Source of the DNA: Okamejei kenojei
Taxonomy: Eukaryota
Assembly: GCA_035221665.1 (NCBI GenBank)
Contig: CM069160.1
Span: 34,410,001 to 34,474,000 of the forward strand
DNA length: 64,000 bases
Direction: 5' to 3'
Position numbers and translations under genes: made by a program. The first letter of the stretch is position 1; each line of letters opens with the position of its first letter. Below the pieces are notes generated by a model, which was given only the letters and a program-made list of their open reading frames with translations, did not search any database and was not told where the DNA came from. Below, in pieces: positions 1 through 11,164 of the stretch.

Positions 1-429
1 CCCTGCCACATGCTCTCTAGGGCAATGCCGCTCTCCGCGCTCGGCCCCGAATAGTCGAGGCGCTGGTTAGTTAAGTTAAGGTGGGGTAAGTTGTGAGGTG
101 AGATGTGAGGTTTATTTGAGATGCGAGGTTTAGTGAGGTACGGTTTAGTGGGGATTTAGGTGTGAGGAGAAGTTTAGTAGTGAGGTATCGTCGAGGCGAG
201 GGGTTTAGTGAGGCGAAGGGCTTAGTCGAGGTGTATGTGTGTAGGTGAGGTGAAGTGAGCGAAAGTGAGGTGACGCCAAGTGGGTGTCTGAGGTGCTGCT
301 GAAGGAGGCGAGACCACTGCCTTCTGTGGCAGAAAATTCCACAAATTCGCAACTCTGGGTGAACACGTTTTTTCTCATCACAGTGCGAGGGAAAGAGACA
401 TTTCAATTAACATTTTTTGTAAAGATATT

Positions 430-817
430 TTTAGCTGTATGAGGCCCTTTATTGAAACATGGAAGATTATTGAGGGTTTGGACACGCTAAAGGCAGGAAA
501 CATGTTCCCGATGTTGGGTGAGTCCAGAACCAGGGGCCACAGTTTAAGAATAAGGGGTAACCAAATTGCAACGGAGATAAGGAAATACATTTGCACGCAG
601 AGAGTTGTGAGTCTGCGGAATCCTCTGCCTCAGAGGGAGGTGGAGGCCAATTATCTGGATAATTTCAAGAGATAGCTAGATAGTGCTCTTAAAGATAGCG
701 GAGTCAGGGGATATGGGGAGAAGGCAGGAACGGGGTACTGTTTGGGGATGATCAGCCACTGAATGGCGGTGGTGGCTTGAAGGGCCGAATGGCCTACTCC
801 TGCACCTAATTGTCTAT
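430..817 (+). mobile_element. CR1 LINE 3' fragment
   Basis: Encodes [26 protein letters not shown] (CR1 ORF2 C-terminus), followed by the CR1 3' UTR (ggccgaatggcctactcctgcacct). Confidence 0.9.
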
Positions 818-885
818 TTCATGAAATAATATATCTTTTGGGGGTCAATTTTACTGCTTATGTGTGAGAAAAATTCCAAGCTTCA

Positions 886-2476
886 TTATCTGGGATTATA
901 AGAACCACAGAATAAATACAAAACACTTATGTAAATCAAAAATAAATGGAGGTTTAGCATTGCCAAATGTTAGGTTTCATTATTGGGCAGTTAATATTAC
1001 AAAATATGAATTTTTGGGTTGGAAGGAACTGGACAAACAACCAGATTGGTTTAAAAATGGAAAAGGAAGAATTGTTTACCCTTTGAAATTGGATCGATAC
1101 TATTTGCTATTACTAATTAAGCAAAATACCTATAAAGAAAACCCAATAAATAGACAGTGAATACGTATTTTGGAAACAATTAAAGAAAACGCTAAAATTA
1201 GATTGTTTACCATTAGCAATTCCCATTGTAAAAAAATAAAAAAAAAAAAAAATGCTACATTTAAACCCTCAAGATGGATAAAGGTTTTTTTTACAATGGA
1301 AAAATCATGGAATTAATAATGATGGGTGATCTCAATAGGAAAAATTCCTTTCTTTCATTTCAGGAACTACAACACATTTATGGGCTTCACTCAAAAGACT
1401 ACTTTAGATATCTACAAATCTTTAGAGACTATGCTAAGTCAAATACACAGGATTATAGAAATAGAAAGAGAAATTCTTGATGAATGTTTGAATTAAACCC
1501 GAATACAGAAAAAATTGATATCTATATTTATAATATTTTATTAGATAATGATGCACCCCATGACGGAAATTATTAGGCAATCATGGGAAAATGAACTAGG
1601 CCAAAGTAATAGGGCCAGAAAATATGGGATGAAAGCTTACAACATATACATCACTGTTCGTTAAATGCTAGACATTCTTAATACAATTTAAAGTTTTACA
1701 TAGATTGCACTATTCAAAAACCAAATTAAACCTAATTTTCCCCATGTGTATCCCCTATTTGTGATAAATGTCAACACTTAAGCTAATCTTACGCACAAAC
1801 ATTTGTAAACTGTATAAAAATTAACTAATTTTTGGACGGAAATTGTTTTAAATAATTTCCTTGTTGTCAATAACAATCTGGTCCCTGATTCAAAATTAAT
1901 AATATTAGGAATACTAGAAACCAAATCAATTATTCACCAACGAACCAAAGAAACTTTTATCGATTATAAGTTTAATAATTGGGAAAAAAATTAATATTAA
2001 AAATTCTGAAAGGCCCTATGACCCCCACCAATTAAAATGTGGACAATGAGAAATGTCGGAGAACCCTACATTTGGAAAGATTAAGATTTGTCTTAAGGAC
2101 AAACAAGAATCTATCATAAGAATATGGTCTCCATTTATTGAATATTTGATGAAGGGGCAAATTGGTTCGGCACGAGAACCTGACAGAACCTGAATTAAAG
2201 GAATAGATGACGAATTATATTTTATAATCCACGATATAAGCTCCAATGATGCATAATCAGTCGAATACCAATTCTTTTTTTAAAGGATTTTTTTTCTTTT
2301 TTCTTTTTTTCCTACTATTTTTCATCTATATACAATTTTAAAACAATTAAAGAAGTGCAATTACGATACAATTGTGTATTTAGTTTAAATAAATATATTA
2401 ATAATCTATGACTATAACAAACAACATGTTTTTTTTCATGTATCTACTTCTAATAAAAAAATATTTCAAAAAAAAA
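886..2476 (+). mobile_element. 5'-truncated L1/Tx1-clade LINE with poly(A) tail and 19-bp TSD
   Basis: GGLALPNVRFHYWA motif and a degenerate C-terminal Cys/His knuckle. AATAAA at 2452 and an A-tail. AGAAAAATTCCAAGCTTCA is duplicated at 867-885 and 2477-2495. Confidence 0.85.
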
Positions 2477-3139
2477 AGAAAAATTCCAAGCTTCAGCTGT
2501 TACGTAAACTATCAGCACAAAATCTTGAGAATCGATTTTCAATTTATTGAAAATGCAGGGAGCTTCAGGGGCGTTGCCCATTGAACCCCCCCCCCCCACC
2601 CCCCCCCCCCCCCCCCCACCGGGGCGCTTCCCCTGGACCCCACCGGGGGCCTAGCCAGCAACCTGGACCCCTGGCCAACACTTCCTCCTTCTTTTTCTGG
2701 AGGTGAATATCTTGTTCAGTCCACATAGCTTAAAAAAATTGTGGTCTTCTGTATGAGAAGGGGATTATTAATTATAGTAATACTATAGTATAATTATATA
2801 TAAAATAATCGTTAAAATAACATTAAAAGGTTATTAAATTATCATGTAGACCAGTCGTAAACGAAAAAACGATCAAATTAAGGATGTTTCATTCTAAATA
2901 TATTGCGTATAAAATTTAAAATACTATTAATATTTATGACAAACATTAACATTCATGGTGATCTGTCGTGGAACAACCCCATTGAATAAGATAACAGCGA
3001 TTACCCAGACGTCGTTGCTGGTTGCGAAGGGGCCCCCATAACAGCTCAAGCTTCAGGGCCCCAAAAATGTAGGTGCGCCACTGCGCCTCGGCACAGGCTG
3101 GGACTGACACGGCCGGGAACGGAATGGCAACGGCGAGGT

Positions 3140-3400
3140 TGTGTGTAGGAAGGAACTGCAGATGCAGGTTTACACCGAATGTAGACATAAAATGCTGGAG
3201 TAACTCAGCGGGACAGGCAGCATGTGTGGAGAGAAGGAATGGGTGACGTTTCGGGTCGAGACCTTTCTTCAGACTTAGAATGGGAGAGGGAGTCTAGAGA
3301 TATGGAAGAGTAAGGTGTGAAAAAGGTAAAGCAAAGGCGACGCGGTTCAAGTAAAATGTAGAACGGAACATTGTTAGCTGAAGGGGAAGGTGGCAACGAG
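3140..3400 (-). mobile_element. Penelope-like terminal-repeat fragment with a hammerhead-like motif
   Basis: Minus strand reads CTGAAGAAAGGTCTCGACCCGAAACGTC, then the recurrent gctgagttactccagcatttt tail. Related copies lie at about 3960-4310, 12290-12410, 37290-37418, 45275-45360, 50570-50905 and 55073-55140. Confidence 0.65.
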
Positions 3401-3591
3401 GCGATGGGGCGGTAACGCGGCGCTACCCGGTGACCCAACCAATGATCGTTGTAGTTCCCATCGCTGCTCTTTCTGTGGCTCTTCAGGCACCAGGCATCCT
3501 CTGCTGCTCACTGACCCGGCACACGGAAAGCCCTTTCCATGCCGAGATACATGTGTAACAGTCGTGTTTACCGATTACTTTCCGATTGCAG

Positions 3592-3876
3592 GATTTGGAC
3601 TCCGGCCCTGGATCCGCTTGGAGGAAAGCGCCACGCAAGGAGTGCGTGTGGTGTGTAAGTCGGATGGATGGTTTCCCAAGCCGGAGATACGGTGGCTGGA
3701 TGGGAGTGGACAAGATGTGACAGCGCAGTCTGACACACTGTTCACTGAGGACTCCAGCGGGCTGATCACTGTCCACAGTCACATCGATGCCACAAGTGAT
3801 TCTGTGAACAGGTATTCCTGTTACATACGAAGTAAAAGACTGCGAAAAACACAAAAGGCCCATCTCCAGATATCAG
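3592..3876 (+). CDS. BTN-like IgC exon, copy 1
   Basis: ttgcag|GA...TCAG|gtatgt, 285 nt. GFGLRPWI..VVCKSDGWFPKPEIRWLD..RYSCYI matches the B7/BTN IgC pattern C-x-S-x-G-W-F-P-x-P. Confidence 0.9.
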
Positions 3877-4756
3877 GTATGTGGGAGCCTGGATAACCCT
3901 CTATAAAAGAGAGAAGTTGATACACGGAACTGCAGGAGACATACACTCAGGAAACCTAGTAACCTTTGCTTTCCATCTCTCTCCATCCCACCCCACCCTA
4001 GTTCTTCGACTAGTTTCACTGTCCTGATTAATTTTGCTGATTGTATGCCTCATTGTCACCGTCCCCTCCGCTAACAATGAACCATTCTACATTTCCTTGA
4101 ACAATGTCTGCTTTGATCTGACGTTTTCACTCTTTACCCTTCTATATCTCCGGTCTCCCTCTCGCCTGACTCTCAGTCTAAAGAAGGGTCTCGACCATGA
4201 ACGTCATCCGTTCCTACTCTCCCGAGATGCTGCCTGACCCGCCGAGTTATTCCCGCATTTTGTGTCTATCTGCGGTGTTAACCTGCATCTGCAGTTCCTT
4301 CCTACACACAGGATCTATAACTGATCAGGTGTGGGATACCTCAGGAATGGACCCCAACATTCGGCAAGTGATGGGCAGCTGGGGCTGGTTGTTGGTGCTG
4401 TGGATGGGGAGATGGGGTTATAGACTAGGTGCCGCTGGGAGGAGACCACTAGTGCGTTGGGAGCTGATAAATTCAGTTCCACCTCCCGCTCCTCCTGTCT
4501 TAGTGGGAGCAAGTTCAATGCCTTTCCAGACTGTCCCAATGAGGAAACAAGGAACTGCAGATGCTGGTTCAGAATAAAAGACTCCCTCCACACCCCCCCC
4601 CCCCCCCCGAAACAGCAGTCATCTCCGTCAACTTATTCAAATGCTCGTGATAGGGGCGAGATCGGAACTGGAAGTCAGCTGCTGTGCTGTGTCTCAACTG
4701 AAGATGAAATCTACACATTATTTTATGATATGGATGCCCCGTGTTTCATGTCAGTT

Positions 4757-5931
4757 AGAATCATAGAATCATAGAAAATAGGTGCAGCAGTAGGCCATTC
4801 GGCCCTTCGAGCCTGCACCGCCATTCAATATGATCATGGCTGATCATCCAACTCAGTATCCTGTACCTGCCTTCTCTCCATACCCCCTGATCCCTTTAGC
4901 CACAAGGGCCACATCTAACTCCCTCTTAAATATAGCCAATGAACTAGCCTCAACTACCTTCTGTGGCACAGAATTCCACAGACTCACCACTCTCTGTGTG
5001 AAAAATGATCTTCTCATCTCGGTCCTAAAAGACTTCCCCCTTATCCTTAAATTGCGACCCCTTGTTCTGGAGTACCGCAACATCGGGAACTATCTTCCTG
5101 CATCTACCCTGTCCAACACCGTAAGAATTTTGTAAGTCTCTATAAGATCCCTCCTCAATCTCCTAAATTCCAGCGAGTACAAGCCGAGTCTGTCCAGTCT
5201 TTCTTCAAATGGAAGTCCTGCCATCCCAGAAATCAGTCTGGTGAACCTTATCTGTACTCCCTCTATGGCAAGAATGTCCTTCTTCAGATTAGGAGACCAA
5301 AACTGTACGCAATACTCCAGATGTGGCCTCACCAAGATCCTGTACAACTGCAGTAGAGCCTCCCTGCTTTTGTACTCAAATCCTTTTGCTATGAATGCCA
5401 ACATATCATTCGCTTTCTTCACAGCCTGCTGCACCTGCACGCCTGCTTTCAGTGACTGGTGTACCATGACACCCAGGTCTCGCTGCATCTCCCCTTTTCC
5501 TAATCACTATTCAGATAATAGTCTACACTCCTGTTTTTGCCGCCAAAGTGGATAACCTCACATTTATCCACATTATACTGCATCTGCCATGCATTTGCCC
5601 ACTCATCCAACCTATCCAGGTCACCTTGCAGCCTCCTAACATCCTCCTCACAGCTAACATTGTCCCCCAGCTTCGTGTCATCCGCAAACTTGGAGATGTT
5701 GCATTCAATTCCCTCATCCAGGTCATTAATATATATTGTAAATAGCTGGGGTCCTAACACTGAGCTTTGCGGTACCCCACTAGTCACTGCCTGCCATTCT
5801 GAAAATGACCCGATTAGTCCTACTCTTTGGCCCCTGTCTGCCAGCCAGTTCTCTATCCACACCATTACTGAACCCCCAATACCGTGTGCTTTAAGTTTGT
5901 ATGCTAATCTCTTATGTGGGACCTTGTCGAA
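4757..5931 (-). mobile_element. CR1 LINE (CR1-A), 5'-truncated, intronic
   Basis: RT motifs GVPQSSVLGP and FADDTKL. Tail (TTCTATGA)n. AGTT on both flanks. The empty site is visible at about 51340. Confidence 0.95.
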
Positions 5932-6595
5932 AGTTCATAGCAGCGGCTGAGATCTCAGTCAAACCCGCTATTTGTGTGAGTTGGTTCTTGTGCGAGTTGT
6001 TAGGACATATCACTACACGGCCAGCCTGTGAAGTGATACGAACCCTTCCTAATCTGGCCCTGCGTAATGAGAAGAACGACCTTTATCATTCTAAACCTCT
6101 GTCCCCGTGACACTCGTTGGCGGGGATAGCGGTCGAGGGCGCTTCCCTGATCGGCGCACATTTCACCAGAGAAAGGGCTCTAACACTAGCTCGCCAGACA
6201 AAATGCTACTGGTAAAATAAACACTCAAACTCCCTCCAAACTTTTCCTGTCCAATTGCCTTTTAAATTATGTTATAGTACCTGCCTCAGCTACCTCCTCT
6301 GGCAGCTCGTTCCATATTCCCAACTTCCTTTGTGTGAAAACGTTGCCCCTGAATTTGCATTAAATCATGCCCCTCTCATCTTAAGCCTGCGCCCTCTAAT
6401 TCTTTATTGCCCTATCCTGGGTAAAATATTGTGCACTCACCCTCTCTATTCCCGTCATGGTTTAGTACACCTCTATAAGATCACCCTTCAGCCGTCTGCT
6501 CTCCAAGGAATACAGTCAGATGCCGAATATCTCGCTGTAGCTCCGGTTCTCAAGTGCTGGGACATCTGATACGAGTGCACGCATTTCCTTTCTAG

Positions 6596-6724
6596 ATATG
6601 TTCATCAATAAAGTTAACGAGTTCAACATCTGGGTGCCGATATTCTGGGTGTTTGCCGGCCTTGTGGTCACAGCTGCTGCCTTCAATATAATGACCCACA
6701 GATACGAAGACAAAAAGATTCAAG
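6596..6724 (+). CDS. BTN-like transmembrane exon, copy 1
   Basis: tttctag|AT...CAAG|gtaagg. Encodes DMFINKVNEFNIWVPIFWVFAGLVVTAAAFNIMTHRYEDKKIQ: a hydrophobic helix followed by charged residues. Confidence 0.85.
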
Positions 6725-7275
6725 GTAAGGGGGGGCGGGAGGGGGGGGGGGTGGGGAGAGGGGGGGGGAGGGGGGGTTGAGCCGGTGATCATATAGAGGT
6801 GTATACATTCATGAAGGGATTAGATAAGGTGAGTGCACAGAGTATTTTACCATGGTCAGTGAATCACGAATTAGAAAGCTTCAGCTTACGGTGAGCAGGG
6901 AACGATTTAATACAAAATTTAGGGGCAATGTTTTCTCACCGAGGGTGATGGGTGAAGCCGCCAAGAGAAGAAGCCCTGGTGAATAGAATAATGGGATAGA
7001 GTCATTGGGAAGGATGTATTTCCATGAACTGTCAGACCAATAACTAGGGACAATAGGTTGAAGGTTCTGGGCAGGAGGATTGGAGGGGAGCTGGGGAAAT
7101 TACTTCAACCCAAAGTGTGTTGAAAGTCTGCAGATCCATGGGCATGTTGGGCAAGTAGTTTAGATAGTGCACTCGTTTACTGTCAACAGTGTTGGAATCC
7201 AGAGAGCACCGTCTGCACTGTTCTCTGACTGTGCGCAGTGACTGACACGGTCCTGGGACTTGTTCTTATTTCCAG

Positions 7276-7302
7276 AACTCCAGCTGTTTTGCACTTTGGA
7301 AG
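7276..7302 (+). CDS. 27-nt cytoplasmic linker exon (ELQLFCTLE)
   Basis: atttccag|...GAAG|gtaaga, phase 1-1. Micro-exons of this size are typical of BTN juxtamembrane regions. Confidence 0.75.
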
Positions 7303-8130
7303 GTAAGATATTTCGGGGAATTCCGACTCCAATTTACAACGACTGATTGAGAAATGTGTAATGTCGTTTCACAGCCCTTCTCCTGTGTCCGTGGTCCACC
7401 TTCCGCTAATCCTAGCGTCATGTTGGGCACAGACATTGTGGGCCAAAGGGCCTGTTCCTGTGCTGCATCGTTCTATCTTCCTCTTCTGATCCACTCACCA
7501 CCAAGTCCCTCGTCCCTTCCATTCATCTCACCTTTCAGACCGCAGTTCAATGGACTGTGTTTACTCATTTTATGTCTTGGAACCCCTTGGTGAACGAGAT
7601 AAAAACATGTTCTCATTAATTTATATCTCCAACAGAATTGGACAAATAATTATTTTATCCTGTGAATGTCTGAATACAATTTGGAAGAAACCTACACGAA
7701 AAGCCAACGATGTTTCAGTGAAATCTGCAAATATACACCCAGATTATGGTTTACTTGGGACAAATTCCTCTTGCCTCTTTGCAGTTCTCTTATTTTAACA
7801 TCGGGAAATCATGAGTCTCAGGCGGTATTAAAAGGGGCTGAGGGTGTAGCCTTCAGAAACAACAACGTTGAGATTTGTCATGGAAAATGCTCTGTTGCCT
7901 GTCCTTACTGATTACAGTCTGGGCGTCAGGAAGAGCTCTCTCTCTGCGACCTCCGCCCAGCTTGCTTCAAGATGTTCGGCTGGATGGTTAGAGATGAATA
8001 GACCATTTGATCTGTGCTGTTATTGTGGATTGTAACCTATCTTGTGGACATTTCTATTTCTACTTTGAATCAGCAAACAATGCAAGTTTTGAAGTGTAGT
8101 ATTTCTGTTTTTTGCAGGATATGATGATAT

Positions 8131-9346
8131 AACCATATAACCATATAACAATTACAGCACGGAGACAGGCCCTCTCGGCCCTTCCAGTCCGTGCCGACCA
8201 TTTGTTTTCCCCTAGTCCCATCTACCTGCACTCAGACCATACCCCTCCATTCCCTTCACGTCCATATACCAATCCACTTTACTTTTAAATGTTAAAATCG
8301 ATCCTGCCTCCACCACCTCTGCTGGAAGCTGATTCCACACAGCCACCACCCTCTGAGTAAAGAAGTTCCCCCTCACGTTACCCCTAAAAACTTCTGTCCC
8401 TTAATTCTCATGTCATGCCCTCTTGTTTGAATCTTCCCTACCCTCAATGGGAAAAGCTTATCCACGTCAACTCTGTCTATCCTTTCATCATTTTAAAGAC
8501 CTCAATCAAGTCCCCCCTTAACCTTTTGCGCTCCAAAGAATAAAGACCTAACTTGGTTCAACCTTTCTTTGTAACACAGTTGCTGGAACCCTGGCAACAT
8601 TCTAGTAAATCTCCTCTGTACTCTCTCTATTTTGTTGACATCCTTCCTATAACTAGGCGACCAAAATTGTACACCATACTCCAGAATTGGTCTTACCAAT
8701 GCCTTGTACAATTTTAACATTACTTCCCTACTCCTATATTCAATGCTCTGATTTATAAAGGCCAGCACACAAAGGCTTTCTTTACCACCCTATCTACATG
8801 CGATTCCACCTTCAGGGGACTATGCACAGTTATTCCTAGATCCTCTGTTCCACAGCATTCCTCAATTCCCTACCATTTACCATGTACGTCCTATTTGATT
8901 TGTCCTGCCAAGATGTGCACTTCACACTTATCAGCATTAAATTCCATCTGCCATCTTTCAGCCCACTTTTCCAAATGGCCCAAATCTCTCTGTAGACTTT
9001 GAGAATCTACTTCATTATCCACAATACCACCTATCTTAGTATCATCTGCATACTTACTTATCCAATTTTCCACCCCATCATCCAGATCATTGATGTACAT
9101 GACAAACAAACAGTGGACCCAAACACAGATCCCTGAGGCACCCCACTGGTCACCGGCTTCCAACCTGACAAACAGCCATCCACCATTACTCTCTGACATC
9201 TCCCATTCAGCCACTGTTGAATCCATCTTGCTACTCCGCCATTAACACCCAAAGATTGAACCTTCTGAACCAACCTTCCATGGGGAACCTTGTCAAAGGC
9301 CTTACTGAAATCCATATAGACAACATCCACTGGATGTTGTCTATAT
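8131..9346 (-). mobile_element. CR1 LINE (CR1-B, a different subfamily) inserted into a 27-nt coding exon
   Basis: RT motifs [15 protein letters not shown] and YADDTK. Tail (TTATATGG)n. It splits GATATGATGATAT|GGATACTGAATATG and is absent from the mirror copy at 15340-15365. Confidence 0.9.
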
Positions 9347-9790
9347 GGATACTGAATATGATAAGTACAGATAATTCTGCATCCCAATACTTTGTACTAT
9401 TTCACATTCTATTCCGGCTCACAGAGCCATCCCATTCTGCCCCTAATGTTTTGTGACCCGTTTGATGAAGCGTTATTGTCACATGTACCTCAGTACATTG
9501 ACGTTCCTCTCCTCTTCACCCCTCTTGCTCACGCTTGCACTGTTACTTTCCCCTCCACTGCTACCTCTCTCACTTCCTAGCACCATTCCTCCACTCCGCC
9601 ACCCACCCAACTTGCTCGCCCCCGTGCCTCACACACCTTTACTTCCCATCTTTGCCCCTCTATCTTCTCAATATCCTGCTTTCCCTTTTCTCCACCGCTG
9701 CATCTTCTGCCCAATCCGCTCCACAACGCTCTTCCCCTTTCGCAACCCACCTGCCGTCTCCTCTGCCGCTCATCCCACCACTGCCATTTC

Positions 9791-10083
9791 GGGCGCCACG
9801 GTGGAGCAGACGGTAGAGTTGCTGCCTCACAGTGCGTGAGAACGGGTTCCATCCTGACTACGGGTGCTGCCTGTGCGTAGTTTTTACATTATCCCAGTGA
9901 CCGCGTTGGTTATCTCCAGGTATCCCGGTTCCCTCCCACACTCCGAAGATGATTTTTCAATTTGAGGATTAATTGTCTACTGTAAATTGTCCCACGTTGT
10001 AAGATACTGTTAGTGTACGGGGTAGTCGTTGGTCGGTGCGGACTCGGTGGGCCGAAGGGCCTGTTTTATGCTGTGTCTCTAAA
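9791..10083 (+). mobile_element. tRNA-derived SINE (HE1-like) with a CR1-type tail
   Basis: A-box-like GGTGGAGCAGACGG and B-box-like GGTTCCATCC. 3' end gggccgaagggcctgtttt..gctgtgtctct. Mirror copy at about 14605-14888 (-). Confidence 0.75.
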
Positions 10084-10359
10084 GTGACGGTCCCCTGCCC
10101 ATTTGTACTCTCCCTCCTCACCCTTGCCGCACGGGTCGACGCGCCCCGTTCTCATTCTGCTCAACCCAGTTGCTCTTCCCAGCAGCTCGCCCTCCTGCCC
10201 TTGACACGTCCCCTCTCCCCTCGCTCCTCACCCCCCGGACCAACCTGCCCCTCACTCTGTCCTTCAATCCCACTCGGACCTCTCTCAATCCCGGGGCCGC
10301 TCCGCAGGCGTCTCGCCCCGACCCCCGACGGCTCTCTGATTCTCTGTTTCTCCCCCCAG

Positions 10360-10839
10360 TCTCCGTCACCCTGGACGTGGAAACAGCGCATCCGCGGCTC
10401 GAGGTGTCTGACGATCGCGAGCGGGTGAAAAATGTCGGGACCGAGAGGAGTCTCCCTGACACTGGGAAGAGGTTTACATACTGGTCTGGCGGGGAGTCGG
10501 GACTGGTGTCTGGGAGTCGCCGCAGAGTCTCTGGAGAAGAAGGAGGCGGTGAAACTGACCCCGGAGACTGGAGTCTGGTCCTTGGAGCGCTCGAGAGACA
10601 GGTTTTATGTAAACGTTTTACCGGATGCCAATGTCCCCACCCGTCCCATCCCCGGGAGGGTGGGAGTTTATCTCAGTTACGAGTCTGGGAAAGTTTCATT
10701 CTACGACGCGGACTCCAAGTCCTTTCTCTACTCCTTCACTGGGAATACATTCACGGAGAAACTTTATCCTTTCTTCGCCACTTGGGACATAAACCATTCA
10801 CTGAGAATCTGCCAAGTTCCACTCTGCGCCTTAAAGTAG
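10360..10839 (+). pseudogene. B30.2/PRY-SPRY terminal exon, copy 1, frameshifted
   Basis: ccccccag|(V)[21 protein letters not shown]. The [19 protein letters not shown] segment is missing, then [18 protein letters not shown] follows in another frame. Confidence 0.9.
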
Positions 10840-11164
10840 TCGGGACCAGGGACTGGCGTCAGGAGCGCGGGCCATGACTGTGGGATAGACATCACACTTG
10901 CCATCGGTCGGTGCTGAACGAGTCCCGTTGAATCCTCAAATTCCACGTCATAAACCCCCAGCGAGCGCAGATGTAAATTCAGTCGAAGATCGCGGTACAA
11001 ATCGAATACAGCGACCCGGGTCTCTCCTCCCTCACTTGTTCAATAGTGTTGCATTGCCATTTGCAGCGAAACGGAACAATAACATTATTAGGAGAAATAA
11101 TGAACTGCAGATGCTGGTTTCCAAACAAAAAGGCGGAAAGTGCTGGAGTAATTCAACAGAAGTA

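Larger units (their letters stand above)
3592..10839 (+). pseudogene. Butyrophilin-like gene copy 1 (IgC-TM-linker-B30.2 exons; IgV not seen, presumably upstream of the window), inactivated
   Basis: Phase-1 exons at 3592-3876, 6596-6724, 7276-7302, 8118-8130+9347-9360 and 10360-10839. Lesions: a CR1 inside the 4th exon, that exon's donor reading ATAAGT, and a 56-bp frameshifting deletion in B30.2. Confidence 0.85.

Noticed and set aside
71-300. GTGAG/TTAG-rich tract resembling telomeric repeats or clustered splice donors
   Set aside because: There is no regular TTAGGG period; it is degenerate low-complexity sequence at the window edge.
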